Positions 18,650 to 28,691 of a stretch of 64,000 bases of DNA are shown here, piece by piece. Origin of the DNA: an uncultured Pseudomonadota bacterium (lineage in GTDB: Bacteria > Oederibacteriota > Muellerivitia > Muellerivitales > Muellerivitaceae); contig CAWIIP010000004.1 in the NCBI GenBank assembly GCA_963836235.1, forward strand, positions 512,001 to 576,000, in the 5' to 3' direction. Positions within the stretch are counted from its first letter, which is position 1. Each line of letters opens with the position of its first letter. The position numbers were made by a program, and so were the translations under genes. The notes under the pieces are model-generated. The model was not told the origin of the DNA. It saw only the letters and a list, made by a program, of their open reading frames with translations, and searched no databases.

Positions 18650-19840
18650 ATGAAAGAAGTGGTCATCGTCGATGGGGCAAGAACGCCCATTGGTAATATG
18701 GGCGGGGCCTTAAAGGACGTGACGGCGCAGGATATGGCCGCCACCGTCATGAAGGAAATAGTGAAGCGCAACAACCTGAAACCCTCCGACGTGGAGGAAG
18801 TGATCCTGGGCTGCGTGGGCCAATTCTCCGACGCGCCCAACGTGGGAAGGGTGGCGGCCCTTTTGGCTGGGCTCCCGAAGGAAGTGACGGGCTATACGGT
18901 CCAACGCAATTGCTCCTCGGGCATGCAAGCCCTGGTAAACGCTTATCAAAACATCCAGTGCGGGGACGCGGACATCCATTTGGCGGGTGGAACCGAATCC
19001 ATGAGCCAAGCTCCCTATGTGAGCCGGGACCTTCGGTTCGGGAAGCGCATGAGGGATTCGAAAATGGTCGACACCCTTATGGAAGGTCTGACCGACCCGG
19101 TCTGCCATTTGGTAATGGGCCAGACGGCCGAGGTTTTGGCCGAGGAATTCAAGATTTCCCGCAAAGAACAGGACGAATACGCGGTTCAAAGCCATAAAAA
19201 AGCCTTTAAAGCCCAAAGGGAAAATAAATTCAAGGATGAGATCGTGCCGGTCATGGTGCCCAAGAAAGTCATGGGAAAACCGGTGACCCCTGAGCCCGTT
19301 TCCCAGGACGAGGGCATCAATGCCGCCTTAAATGAGCAGACACTGTCCGCCTATCCGACAATTTTTAAAGAAGGTGGCACGGTAACTCCTGGCAATGCTT
19401 GCGGCATCAATGATGGAGCCTGTGTGACGTTGGTCATGTCCAAGGAGAAGGCCGACGCCTTAGGCTATAAGCCTCTCGGATACATCAGGTCCTACGCTTT
19501 TACGGGGGTGGAACCGGAAAGGATGGGCATCGGGCCCGCCTATGCGATCCCGAAGGCCCTAAAAAAAGCGGGATTAGAGTTATCCAACATGCAGTTGATC
19601 GAGATCAACGAGGCTTTTGCGGCCCAGATTTTGGCCGATGACCGGGTTTTGAAGATGAATCGGGAGATCTTGAACGTAAACGGGGGGGCCATTGCCTTGG
19701 GCCATCCGGTTGGCATGACCGGGGCGAGGCTGGTCTTGACGGGTTTGAAGGAAATGGCCCGGCGGAACCTTTCCTTGGGCGTTATTTCCATGTGTATTGG
19801 TGGTGGAATTGGTGGAGCAATGGTGCTCGAGCGCAAATAA
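18650..19840 (+). CDS. Acetyl-CoA C-acyltransferase (thiolase)
   Basis: RTPIG, catalytic NCSSG, NEAFA, GHPVG, CIGGG. Confidence 0.95.
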   Translation: MKEVVIVDGARTPIGNMGGALKDVTAQDMAATVMKEIVKRNNLKPSDVEEVILGCVGQFSDAPNVGRVAALLAGLPKEVTGYTVQRNCSSGMQALVNAYQNIQCGDADIHLAGGTESMSQAPYVSRDLRFGKRMRDSKMVDTLMEGLTDPVCHLVMGQTAEVLAEEFKISRKEQDEYAVQSHKKAFKAQRENKFKDEIVPVMVPKKVMGKPVTPEPVSQDEGINAALNEQTLSAYPTIFKEGGTVTPGNACGINDGACVTLVMSKEKADALGYKPLGYIRSYAFTGVEPERMGIGPAYAIPKALKKAGLELSNMQLIEINEAFAAQILADDRVLKMNREILNVNGGAIALGHPVGMTGARLVLTGLKEMARRNLSLGVISMCIGGGIGGAMVLERK

Positions 19841-19911
19841 GCGCTTGAGTAGGGTGTTTGTAGTTAACTTCTAACTACAAATTCCTAATTCCTCATGGAA
19901 CGGAGTTCAAC

Positions 19912-21123
19912 ATGTTTATCTACAAAGCGGGCGTCATTGGCGCGGGAGCCATGGGGGCAGGAATCGCGCAGGTCATTTCCTTTTCCGGGCTTCCAGTTGT
20001 TTTGAAGGACACTGATGAGGAACGGGTGAAGAGGGGCATCGAGATGATCCGCAAGGTCTATCAGGGCCGGGTGGACAAGGGCAAGATGTCGGCTTCTGAG
20101 ATGGACCAGAAAATGAACCTGGTGACCGGAACCACTTCCTATGATGATTTCAAGGATTGCGACTTGGTGGTCGAGGCCGTTTTCGAGAGTATGAAAGTAA
20201 AACACCAGGTTTTTCAGGATCTCGAAAAAGTCCTTCCGGAAACCGCCATCATGGCAACGAATACTTCCGCTCTTTCCATCACCCAGATCGCCTCGGCGGT
20301 TAAAAGATCCGAAAAGGTGATTGGTTTGCATTTCTTTAATCCGGCTCCTGTCATGAAACTGGTTGAAGTGATCCCGGGACTTCAAACCTCACCAGAGACG
20401 GTTGACGATACAGCGGCTTTTGCAGAGTCACTTCGCAAATTGCCTGTTCGGGTGAAGGAATGCGCCGGGTTTTTAGTGAACCGTCTGCTTCTTCCCTATT
20501 TGAACGAAGCTGCTTATGCCTTGCAGGAAAGCTCAGCTCCGGCCGAAGAAATGGACAAAGCTCTGAGAGCTTTCGGCATGCCGATGGGTCCTTTCGCGCT
20601 TCTTGATATGTTGGGGCTGGATGTCTGTGCCGAGGTTTCCATGATCCTTTACGATTCCTTTGGCCCCCGGATGAAGGCGGCAGAGATTTTGGGAGAGATG
20701 CACAAGGCCAACCGCTTGGGCACCAAAAATGGCATCGGTTTTTATGTTTATGACGATTCCAAAAAAGCGGATTTGAAACCGATTGTCGATGCCATCCAGG
20801 TCAAAACGGGGGTGAAGGGGACGCCCTTTTCACCCGAACGATTGGTGTTCCAAATGATCAACGAGGCGGCCTATTGCTTGGAAGAAAACGTGGCGTCCCC
20901 TTCGGACATCGACTTAGCCATGTTGGCTGGAACGGGTTTTCCCCAGGACAAGGGAGGACCCTTGCACCTAGCCGATGGAATCGGCCTAGATGTGGTATTG
21001 GAAAAGCTGAAAGAATTGTCTAAAACTTTAGGGACCCGGTTCTGGCCAGCGCCTATTTTGAAACGGATGGTTTCGGCCAATTATTTGGGTCAAAAAACAA
21101 AACGCGGGTTCTTTAACTATTAA
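19912..21123 (+). CDS. 3-hydroxyacyl-CoA dehydrogenase (two C-terminal domains)
   Basis: GAGAMGAGIA, EAVFE, TNTSAL, HFFNP; GPF/GPL C-terminal domain present twice. Confidence 0.92.
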   Translation: MFIYKAGVIGAGAMGAGIAQVISFSGLPVVLKDTDEERVKRGIEMIRKVYQGRVDKGKMSASEMDQKMNLVTGTTSYDDFKDCDLVVEAVFESMKVKHQVFQDLEKVLPETAIMATNTSALSITQIASAVKRSEKVIGLHFFNPAPVMKLVEVIPGLQTSPETVDDTAAFAESLRKLPVRVKECAGFLVNRLLLPYLNEAAYALQESSAPAEEMDKALRAFGMPMGPFALLDMLGLDVCAEVSMILYDSFGPRMKAAEILGEMHKANRLGTKNGIGFYVYDDSKKADLKPIVDAIQVKTGVKGTPFSPERLVFQMINEAAYCLEENVASPSDIDLAMLAGTGFPQDKGGPLHLADGIGLDVVLEKLKELSKTLGTRFWPAPILKRMVSANYLGQKTKRGFFNY

Positions 21124-21132
21124 GGAGGATTT

Positions 21133-21912
21133 ATGGCCCAATACATTAGTATTTCGATCGAAAACAAAGTCGCCACGGTGGTCATCAACCATCCCCCAGT
21201 CAATGTCCTTTCGCCGGAGGTCTTGAAAGAACTTGAGACGGCCTTTGATGAATTGAAGGGTAATAAAGACGCTAAAGTTATTGTTTTGACGGGAACCGGC
21301 CCCCATTTCATCGCCGGCGCGGATATCAAGCAAATGTCCCGAATTCAATCGGTGGTTGATGGCAAGAAAGCGGCGGGGGAAGGACAAAGGATATTCCTTA
21401 AAATCGAAAGGTTTGAGAAACCCGTGATTGCCGCCATTAACGGCACTTGTCTGGGCGGGGGAATGGAATTGGCCATGGCTTGTCATATAAGGATGTGTTC
21501 TGATCACGCTCGGCTGGGACAACCCGAAATCAATTTGGGAATTATTCCAGGTTTTGGGGGTACTCAAAGAATGTCCCGGTTGGTGGGAAGAGGAAAGGCT
21601 ACTGAATGGATTTTAACGGGGGACAATATCGCGCCACCTGACGCCAAGGCTTTTGGACTCGTGAATCATGTTTTGCCTGAATCCGAGGTGCTTCGTCAAG
21701 CCCAGGGATTGGCCAAGAAAATTGCAATGAAGCCAGCGGCAGCCATAGCCGCCGCTTTGAAGGTCATCAACAATGGTTTGGAACAGTCAACCATGGAAGC
21801 CGCTATGGGGGCTGAATTGGAAGGGTTTGGCAAATGTTGCGAGTCACCTGATATGAGGGAAGGTATCAAGGCTTTTGTGGAAAAGAGACAGCCCCAATTT
21901 ACCGATCAATAA
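21133..21912 (+). CDS. Enoyl-CoA hydratase
   Basis: FIAGADI, GGGMELAMAC, GQPEINLGIIPGFGGTQR. Confidence 0.93.
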   Translation: MAQYISISIENKVATVVINHPPVNVLSPEVLKELETAFDELKGNKDAKVIVLTGTGPHFIAGADIKQMSRIQSVVDGKKAAGEGQRIFLKIERFEKPVIAAINGTCLGGGMELAMACHIRMCSDHARLGQPEINLGIIPGFGGTQRMSRLVGRGKATEWILTGDNIAPPDAKAFGLVNHVLPESEVLRQAQGLAKKIAMKPAAAIAAALKVINNGLEQSTMEAAMGAELEGFGKCCESPDMREGIKAFVEKRQPQFTDQ

Positions 21913-21985
21913 AACTCATTTGTCTTTCGTGGTTAAGAACGATAGTGAGTTCGAAACTAAAGAAAATTGAAAATAAGGAAAAGGG

Positions 21986-22852
21986 ATGCCGAGAAAAACA
22001 AAGAACTCAAAAGAATTCCAAACTCTTATTGAACTGCGGCGAACCAGTGAGGAAAGCCGTTATAAAGTTGGCTTGGCCCTTTGCGGGGGAGTGGCTTATG
22101 GCGTCGCCCAGATCGGGGTATTAAAAGCACTGGAAGAGGCGGGAATCAAAATCGATTGCCTGGCGGGGACCAGCGCGGGAGCCATTATCGCCGCCGCTTA
22201 CGCATCGGGGTTGCCGGTTTCCCGTATTGAGGAAATCGGGATTAATACCAGTTGGGGAGAACTTTTTTCCTTTAGGCCTTCCCGCAAGGGGCTGGTTTCG
22301 TCTGGCCCCATTGAAGAATATATTCGCAAGTACCTCAAGGTCGACACTTTCGAACAACTAAAAAAACCCTTGGCAGTAGTGGCTACCGATATTTGTTCCG
22401 GAGAGGAAGTCATTTTCACCCGTGGAGCGCTGGATAAGGCGGTACGAGCTTCCTGTTCAATCCCCGGAATCTATAGCCCGGTGGAACTAGACGGGCGGCA
22501 ATTGGCCGACGGGGGCATGGCCGAAAACGTGCCCGTGAAGGCCTTGAGAAGCCTAGGAGCCGACGTGGTGATTGCGGTGAATCTTTTCGGGCACCACCAA
22601 GTGTTTCCCCCCGCTTCCAACGTTTTCCAAATTTTGATGCGAGTCTGGTATTTTTTCGTGCGAGAGGAATCGGCTTGGCGGGAAGAAAGTGATGTCGTCC
22701 TTGAGCCAGACCTGCGACTTTTTGATTTGTTCGATTTTAGCGCGGGGAAGGAAATCATAGCGGCGGGTGAAAAGGAAGCCAAACGCCAGATGCCAAAGAT
22801 CAAACAGGTCATCCAAAGGCGGTTTTTCTTTCGACCGGAAATCTACCGTTAA
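21986..22852 (+). CDS. Patatin-like phospholipase (RssA-like)
   Basis: GTSAG nucleophile motif, ASCSIPG, DGG. Confidence 0.9.
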   Translation: MPRKTKNSKEFQTLIELRRTSEESRYKVGLALCGGVAYGVAQIGVLKALEEAGIKIDCLAGTSAGAIIAAAYASGLPVSRIEEIGINTSWGELFSFRPSRKGLVSSGPIEEYIRKYLKVDTFEQLKKPLAVVATDICSGEEVIFTRGALDKAVRASCSIPGIYSPVELDGRQLADGGMAENVPVKALRSLGADVVIAVNLFGHHQVFPPASNVFQILMRVWYFFVREESAWREESDVVLEPDLRLFDLFDFSAGKEIIAAGEKEAKRQMPKIKQVIQRRFFFRPEIYR

Positions 22853-23071
22853 GTTTTCAGAAGCTGAAAGTGGGTTAATATCGCTGTATTCTTTGGGCAT
22901 TTTTACCAGGGTCAAATTCGTTAAAACCTTTATTTTTCAATGGGAAATACCCTCAACAAGATTACTTACAAAAATGAGGGTTTTTTCTTGTCGCTCCCAA
23001 TTTGCAAGAGCATAATTGCTAGAAATCTTATTGTTTTTACAGCTTTTTTGTCGAGAGGGAGGTTGTCAGGT

Positions 23072-23344
23072 ATGACCAAGGATGAGTTGGTTGCGAAGGT
23101 TGCGGAAACCACGGGAGTTAAAAAAGTCGATCTTCAAAAAGCATTGGATGTGATCATTCATACCATTATTGAAACGATTAAAACCGGGGATAAGGTTAAT
23201 ATCACGGGCCTCGGTATTTTCAAGATTAAGGACAAGAAAGCACGATTAGCTCGCAATCCAAAAACCGGGGAATCTATTCAGGTTCCCGCCAAGAGGGCGC
23301 CTAAATTTTTGCCTTCCAAAAACTTCAAAGAAGCGGTCAAGTAA
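23072..23344 (+). CDS. hup: DNA-binding protein HU
   Basis: MTKDELVAKVA, GLGIF, ARNPKTGE; GGAGG SD before ATG 23072. Confidence 0.93.
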   Translation: MTKDELVAKVAETTGVKKVDLQKALDVIIHTIIETIKTGDKVNITGLGIFKIKDKKARLARNPKTGESIQVPAKRAPKFLPSKNFKEAVK

Positions 23345-23372
23345 ACTCCGTTTATCTCCTTTGTTAAAAGTC

Positions 23373-23400
23373 AAAAGCCCCTTCTTTAAGGGGCTTTTTT
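23373..23400 (+). terminator. Intrinsic terminator after hup
   Basis: AAAAGCCCCTT-cttt-AAGGGGCTTTTTT. Confidence 0.85.
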
Positions 23401-23413
23401 ATTAAAGGGCCCC

Positions 23414-23442
23414 TTGACCCTTTTTGGACGATTACCTATAGT
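23414..23442 (+). promoter_or_regulatory. Sigma70 promoter of groESL
   Basis: TTGACC-N17-TATAGT. Confidence 0.8.
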
Positions 23443-23451
23443 AACGCACTC

Positions 23452-23478
23452 TTAGCACTCGTGGGAAGAGAGTGCTAA
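23452..23478 (+). promoter_or_regulatory. CIRCE element (HrcA operator)
   Basis: Perfect TTAGCACTC-N9-GAGTGCTAA upstream of groES. Confidence 0.97.
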
Positions 23479-23563
23479 TCCCGGCAGCATCCACTGCCAA
23501 ACAATTAATTTTTTAAACTTGTGGTGGCGTCAGCCGTCACGATTAATCTTCAGGAGGTAGTTC

Positions 23564-23854
23564 ATGAAATTTCGTCCGTTGCACGATCGCATTATGGTTG
23601 AACGAGTTGGAGAGGAAGAAAAAACTAAAACCGGGATCATCATTCCCGACGCGGCCCGTGAAAAGCAGCAGAAAGGGAAAATCGTGGCCGTCGGCAAAGG
23701 ACGCGTCACCGATAAGGGTGAAGTTATCAAGCTGGATGTAAAAGAGGGGGATGTGGTCCTTTTTGAAAAGTACGGTGGTGAGGACATTACGATTGATGGT
23801 AAAGAGTACGTGATCTTGAAAGAAGAAGGGGTTGTTGGAGTCATTGAAGCTTAA
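23564..23854 (+). CDS. groES: Co-chaperonin GroES
   Basis: FRPLHDRI, TGIIIPDAA, AVGKG. Confidence 0.98.
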   Translation: MKFRPLHDRIMVERVGEEEKTKTGIIIPDAAREKQQKGKIVAVGKGRVTDKGEVIKLDVKEGDVVLFEKYGGEDITIDGKEYVILKEEGVVGVIEA

Positions 23855-23895
23855 TTAAAACCAAAGTTAAAAATCACTCACTAAACATTCGATAA

Positions 23896-25548
<1,653 letters not shown>

Positions 25549-25591
25549 TCGCAAAAAGCGATTTAGAAGCGGTAAGGTTTAGTTGGAAGTT

Positions 25592-25626
25592 AAAAAACCC
25601 CTGGCGGGAAACCACCGGGGGTTTTT
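25592..25626. terminator. Bidirectional intrinsic terminator between groEL and the multicopper oxidase
   Basis: A6-CCCCTGG...CCGGGGG-T5 hairpin between convergent genes. Confidence 0.8.
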
Positions 25627-25641
25627 CATTTTTAGAGGCTT

Positions 25642-26829
25642 TTAAGGATGACAGGTCGGGTCTGAGTAGAGTGCCCCCGCCGCTAAATAGTCTGTTTTGA
25701 CCTCTTCTTGAGGCATTACGTCGATGTAAGTCATTAGCCCCCCCATGTTGGCTGGCGTTAAAGCGTCCCCCTCTCCCTGGGGGCCAGGATTGATCATGTG
25801 GTCCAGGATATGGCAATGGAACATCCACCTTCCCGGGTTGATGGCCGTGAAGGCGATGTCGGCCGTCTGGGAGGGTCCTAAGTTCACCGTATTGGCCGCA
25901 TAGGGATGCTCCAATGGGTTGCCGTCCAATGCGACCACCTTGAAGGTGTAGCCGTGCAGGTGCATAACGTGGTCGTTCTCACCGCTGGCGTTTACCAACC
26001 GCAAAAGGACCCTGGCGCCGGTGGGGACCTTCAAGACCGGGGCCTCGGGAAAGGCTTTGCCATCCAGGGTAAAGACGTTCTCTTGGTCGCCACCGCCGAC
26101 CTTGAAAGATGCCATTTCATAAAGGGCCTCCACGTCGTAGGGACGGGTAGGTTTTTTCGCCGGGTCCACGATCAGGACGCCGTGAAGGCCCATGTCCATC
26201 TGGAAAGTATCGTTGAAATGGGTATGGTAGAGATGGGTGCCGATCATTTGGGGGGTGACCGTAAAGGCGTAAGTGTGGCTGCCTCCCGGTGGAATGGGTT
26301 TTTGGGTGATGTCGGGCACACCGTCTTCCGAGTTGGGAACGGCTAAACCGTGCCAATGGACGGTGGTTTCCTGAGGCAGCTCATTTTTCACGATGATCCT
26401 GACCTTATCCCCCACCCACCAGCGGATCAGGGGCCCCGGTACCTGGTGATTGTAGCCCCAGACGGTCACTCGGGCGGTGTTGTAAAGCTGCCAGACGAAG
26501 GGGGAAGCCGTCAAAAAGAATTCTTTGGTTCCGTCCGGCAGAATCCTGGGTTGCAATCCCCGTCCGTGTAGGATGTTATTGCAAGCTGAGTCCTGGCGGT
26601 CGATTTCTTTCCGCGAGATGAAGGGATTGTCCAATTGCGAGTAAAGGATGACCTCGTCTGCGTCGGCGTGATGGGGGGCGGTTACCGCGGCAGGGGCGGG
26701 CGGAGATCCGCCGGGTGTTCGGTGAATCCGTTGTCCCAGGACGAAACCAAAAGCCAATCCAGCCATCACCAATATTGAAATAGCCCATCTTTTTAGTTTT
26801 GACAGCCGGGCATCATTCGAAAAATTCAT
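25642..26829 (-). CDS. Two-domain multicopper oxidase (small-laccase-like)
   Basis: HWHG, YHTH, HVMHLHG and HCHILDH copper motifs; N-terminal hydrophobic segment; 395 aa. Confidence 0.88.
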   Translation of the reverse strand: MNFSNDARLSKLKRWAISILVMAGLAFGFVLGQRIHRTPGGSPPAPAAVTAPHHADADEVILYSQLDNPFISRKEIDRQDSACNNILHGRGLQPRILPDGTKEFFLTASPFVWQLYNTARVTVWGYNHQVPGPLIRWWVGDKVRIIVKNELPQETTVHWHGLAVPNSEDGVPDITQKPIPPGGSHTYAFTVTPQMIGTHLYHTHFNDTFQMDMGLHGVLIVDPAKKPTRPYDVEALYEMASFKVGGGDQENVFTLDGKAFPEAPVLKVPTGARVLLRLVNASGENDHVMHLHGYTFKVVALDGNPLEHPYAANTVNLGPSQTADIAFTAINPGRWMFHCHILDHMINPGPQGEGDALTPANMGGLMTYIDVMPQEEVKTDYLAAGALYSDPTCHP

Positions 26830-26992
26830 TCGTGTCTCCGGTTGTTGAAATAGTGTTCGTTACGAAAACACGCCTTGTTAGATAGCATTTGTCCGGATGA
26901 TTCACCATGGGTTGGAAGTATCATCCGTGTAAATTTTGTAGAACTTTCTTATTCCCTGGATTACCCGACATTAGTTTTTCCAAATCGAAATT

Positions 26993-27024
26993 AAAAAAGG
27001 TCCGCCCGGTTCGAGCGGACCTTT
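26993..27024 (-). terminator. Intrinsic terminator after phosphoesterase paralog 1
   Basis: AGGTCCGC/GCGGACCT stem with an A6 run on the + strand (U-tract on the - strand). Confidence 0.8.
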
Positions 27025-27058
27025 TGTTCAACGTTGCTGGTGAAAGAAGAGTTGGAGC

Positions 27059-28555
27059 TTAAATGCCATTGCCTCCTAAGGGACGGCCTGTATTGGGATC
27101 CAAGATCAGGCGGTCGGGGCGCGAAGAGTCGTCAAAGTCAAACATACCCTTGAGCGAACCGGCCAGCGCATCAAAGGAATAATCCCCAATTCTTCCCAGG
27201 TTCCAGTTGTCCTCGACAAAGCGCAGGATGGAGGTCTGGTCCGTGGTGTGATGGTCCACGTAATTGTTCCTGGCATAGGGCGAAAGGACCAAGAGGGGCA
27301 AACGAGGGCCATAACCGGCCCGGGATTGATAGCCGCCCATAGGAGGGGTGCTGGACTCCCGGGTGAAGCTTGGATCGACCGAACTTTGGGAGGTGTTAAC
27401 CACCGGCGGGGCCTGGTGATCGTACCAGCCATCCGAGTCGTCGTAGGTGATAAAAACGGCCATATCCTTCCATTCGGGCGACTTCTGGAGCCGATTAAGG
27501 GTGTCCACCAGGAATGCCTGCTCGCAGGCCGGATTGGAATCGCCGGGATGGCCCGTCTGGGTGGGGTTACCCTTCACGTAAGAAACGGCCGGCAGGTTGT
27601 GGGCATCCAGGGCGCTCCAGAGGTCCGTAATATCGTACTCGTGGTTGGCCTGGTCGGTTTGGCCGATCATGGCCACGCTGCTGGGCGGCACGTGGGCTGG
27701 GTTGGCCGTGGAAGCATAGTATTGGAAAGGAGCATAGTGGGGGTTGTAGGACAATGTGGTGCCGGCGTTACAGACGTAAGTGGCGTTGGGATTGGCAAAG
27801 CCGGTCACAAAGGAGCCCCAAGTGATGTTTTTGGCGTTCAGAAGATCCCCCATGTTTTTTCCTGTCATGGCGATGGTGGCCCCGACGGAATAGTTGTCAA
27901 AGGCCGGGTCGATGTTGGCGATGACCGAACCGTTCAACACCATGGAGGGGACACTCGCCGGCACGGCCCCGTGAGTCTGGCCGGAAATAAGGTTCAAGTG
28001 GCCTAGGCAGGTGGCCCCGAAAGTGGTCCCGAAAAAATTATCGCTCATGGAGAAATTCTGGGCGTAATTCCAAAGGGCAGTGACGATACCTCCATCGTAA
28101 TAACCCATGACCTCGTAGGGAACGGTACAGCCCGATCCCTCGGTATACTCGACGAACTCGTCGGCAGCCCCCTGATCGTAGGCTTCCTGCTCGCCTTTAT
28201 ACGCGTTACTCTGGTTGCAAGTCAGCAGGTCCGTGATCAAGAAAGGTTGGGCTGAGTTTTGGTTGTTGGTCAAAAGGTTATGGGTCAGGCCGTTTATCCT
28301 CGGCGTGTCGTCTTTGGGCCGGAAAAGGACGTTGCCGTTGGAGTCCTTAATAGTGCTGGGATAGGTCCCAAAATAATGGTCGAAGGAAGTATTCTCCTGG
28401 AAGATGATCACCACGTGCTTGATAGGGGTGGTGGTATCCCAGGATGGGTTCGGCCCAGCCGCTGTCCCCAAGACGGATAGAACAATGGCAAAAAGGGACA
28501 AAAAGAGGAAAGGCGCCCACAGGTGTGGGATCATGGTTTTTTTCTTCGTAATCAT
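27059..28555 (-). CDS. Secreted phosphoesterase (AcpA/phospholipase C family), paralog 1
   Basis: IKHVVIIFQENTSFDHYFG, YDDSDGWYDH, GPRLPLLVLSPYA; signal peptide. Confidence 0.88.
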   Translation of the reverse strand: MITKKKTMIPHLWAPFLFLSLFAIVLSVLGTAAGPNPSWDTTTPIKHVVIIFQENTSFDHYFGTYPSTIKDSNGNVLFRPKDDTPRINGLTHNLLTNNQNSAQPFLITDLLTCNQSNAYKGEQEAYDQGAADEFVEYTEGSGCTVPYEVMGYYDGGIVTALWNYAQNFSMSDNFFGTTFGATCLGHLNLISGQTHGAVPASVPSMVLNGSVIANIDPAFDNYSVGATIAMTGKNMGDLLNAKNITWGSFVTGFANPNATYVCNAGTTLSYNPHYAPFQYYASTANPAHVPPSSVAMIGQTDQANHEYDITDLWSALDAHNLPAVSYVKGNPTQTGHPGDSNPACEQAFLVDTLNRLQKSPEWKDMAVFITYDDSDGWYDHQAPPVVNTSQSSVDPSFTRESSTPPMGGYQSRAGYGPRLPLLVLSPYARNNYVDHHTTDQTSILRFVEDNWNLGRIGDYSFDALAGSLKGMFDFDDSSRPDRLILDPNTGRPLGGNGI

Positions 28556-28625
28556 GAATGGCTCCTTTTAAATTAAATCCAGCATCGGGTTATGAGGTGG
28601 GAAGACGGGTGAAATCCAGCCGGTT

Positions 28626-28656
28626 AAAAAAAGGCCCGCTCCCAAGAGCGGGCCTT
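28626..28656 (-). terminator. Intrinsic terminator after phosphoesterase paralog 2
   Basis: A-run followed by GGCCCGCTC-ccaa-GAGCGGGCC. Confidence 0.8.
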
Positions 28657-28691
28657 CCTAACGATTACTTTGTTAAAGATGAAAACCTGAA

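Noticed and set aside
22940-23071. N-terminal extension of HU in the ORF track
   Set aside because: The SD and family start (MTKDEL) point to ATG 23072; the extension is promoter-region sequence.
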